DNA of 63,712 nucleotides, counting the filler, from Octopus bimaculoides (taxonomy: Eukaryota), in NCBI RefSeq assembly GCF_001194135.2. It is 6 parts of 6 records of this genome, joined end to end, with 100 filler letters (N's around TTAATTAATTAA, not from the genome) between each part and the next. Parts side by side here need not be neighbours in the genome. Positions count along the whole stretch, not along the records: positions 61,975 to 63,712 come from NW_026327812.1; 5 more parts are not named here. One strand, 5' to 3'. Within the stretch, counting starts at the first letter, position 1. Every line of letters starts with the position of its first letter. A model generated the notes under the pieces. The model ran no database searches and was not told the origin of the DNA. It saw only the letters and a program-made list of their open reading frames with translations. Both the position numbers and the translations under genes were made by a program. Shown one piece after another: positions 61,875 through 63,712 of the stretch.

Positions 61875-62294
61875 NNNNNNNNNNNNNNNNNNNNNNNNNN
61901 NNNNNNNNNNNNNNNNNNTTAATTAATTAANNNNNNNNNNNNNNNNNNNNNNNNNNNNNNNNNNNNNNNNNNNNATATATATATACACATTATATATTCA
62001 TAATAATATATATATATATATTGTATATATAATAATATATATTGTGTAGGAATCAGTTAGAGCGGTTTTATACCTCTAAGGGATAATTAGATCCAAAGCC
62101 GGTCCTGGTTATTACCTGGGTAGGTTCACTCCGTTGTAAGTTTGCACGGTAGCAGGTGGTTCGGTTGGTAAACTGTAGTCTAGGTTATATAGGAAAAGAA
62201 AATGGATATAATAACAAGGAGAAACTCGTGGTTTTCTCTGGTGTGCCTTTAATTTAATTAAATATCAAAGAAGGAAGAAGCAGAGATGAAGGTA

Positions 62295-62345
62295 GCATTA
62301 ACGATCGCTTCAATTTACTGGTTTAAGGAAATCTCTTCAGATTGC
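62295..62345 (-). ncRNA. Degenerate type I hammerhead motif
   Basis: GCAAU-CUGAAGA-GAUUU..AAAUU-GAAG-CGAUCG-UU-AAUGC; GAAA to GAAG; near-palindromic helix III; helix I 4/5. Confidence 0.5.
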
Positions 62346-62727
62346 AAATATAGAGAGATGCATTGGTTAGGATGCAAAAACAATTGATACATATGTGATG
62401 GTAATATAAACAAAGGTATTAAGACTTACATTAAATTTGGTTCTTGTGCTGGTAAATTCGTTGGGTAGAGGTTTCATTGTGGTAGACTGGTTAGTTTCAT
62501 TGGGTAATTAGGGCAGGGTGAGTATTATTTATGTGCGGGCTTCCTAGTTTAATTAAGCACATTTTCTTCACATGTGAGTATTCAATTTGTATATATTCTG
62601 CACTATCCATTTTCTTCTATATATTAATATATATATATTATATAATAATACATATATATTATATAATATATATAGTATAAAATAATACATATATTATATA
62701 ATAATACATATATATTATATAATATAT

Positions 62728-63712
62728 GTGCTGGAGTTCTGTGACGCAAATGACCTTATGGTTTGCAATACTAACTTCAGGAAACCTGCCAGTCACTTAG
62801 TCACCTAACGTTCCGGCAGACACTCTAGACAAATTGACTACATCCTCACCAGAAAAAAGGGAAAGATGGCTGCTTATAAATGCCAAAACATTCCCTGGCG
62901 AAGAATGCACTCCACAACATAGACTAGTAGTTAGTGACTTCAGGATTAGGGCCAAGTGGTTGCCCAGGAGACGACAAGCTTGGAGGAGAAAAGTCTGGAA
63001 GCTCAAAGATCCTGCGAATGGACAGAGATTTAGAGACTTATTACTTGAGGCCTTTGACGAATTAGAAGGGGAAGTAGCTTCACACGATGTAGAAGACAAC
63101 TGGACGTTTCTACGGGATAACCTGCTGAAGGCCACTGACCAGATCTGTGGATGGTGCAAAGTCCCCTCTTGACCCAAAATAACGTGGTGCTGGAACAATG
63201 TTGTTGACATGGCTATTAGACAAAAGAAACAGGCTTGGAGGGACTGGAAGAACGGTGGTAGCAGGGAATTGTACCAATCTGCCAGAAGGGAAGCTAGGCG
63301 ACAGGTTTATTTAGCCAGAGGGAAAGCAGATAACAAAAAAATTGCCAATGTTCTGCGCCGTGAGGACTAAAGACTTGAGGTATTTCATGCTGCAAGACAG
63401 TGTGTGAGAGAGAATTGTGATGTCATCGGAGAGAAATGTGTTCGTATGAATGATGGTACGCTTGCCCTAAACGAGGCTGCAAAGAAAGAGGTATGGAGAC
63501 GCCACTACGAAAGGTTGCTCAATAAAGAGAACGAATGGGAGAAAGAGAGTCTGCCGAATGTCGACCCAACAGACGGACCAGCGATTCGAGCTGACAGTAC
63601 CATGGTAGATAAAGCTATTAAGAGTATGAAGACAGGGAAACCCTGGGCCCTTCAGAAATCACTGCTCAAAATATCTGGCAGTGTTGGCTATAGCCTAGTC
63701 ACCCGTATTGTT
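62728..63712 (+). mobile_element. RTE-clade LINE ORF2 relic (end of endonuclease to start of RT)
   Basis: QIDYIL, ECTPQHRLVVSDF, WCWNNVVDMAI, WRRHYERLLN, KAIKSMKTGK; in-frame stops. Confidence 0.92.

Overview
AT-rich, microsatellite-saturated, gap-rich animal DNA. The SINE and transposon repertoire looks cephalopod (Octopus-like); this is inferred from repeat style, not from a database search. There is no intact protein-coding gene. Almost all ORF-track entries are translations of (TA)n, (TG)n, (TATG)n or (TAA)n repeats or of N runs. Real coding relics: four Tc1/mariner transposases of DD37D (maT) type, three R4/Dong-type restriction-like endonuclease fragments, one Tx1/L1 RT fragment, one CR1/L2-group LINE 3' end and one RTE ORF2 fragment. 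At least five tRNA-derived SINE-like families are present, several with clean target-site duplications. A few short candidate + strand exons suggest the window may be intronic. The main signal is a dense set of about a dozen minimal type I hammerhead-ribozyme (HHR) motifs from several sequence-unrelated families, most with a palindromic or near-palindromic helix III as in Penelope-like element pLTRs. One has a fully intact core (7703-7765). The most striking structure is an ~800 bp palindromic element (44173-44978): two divergent tRNA-like Pol III heads, each reading without a T4 terminator into its own HHR, i.e. a candidate tRNA-promoter/hammerhead 'retrozyme-SINE'.
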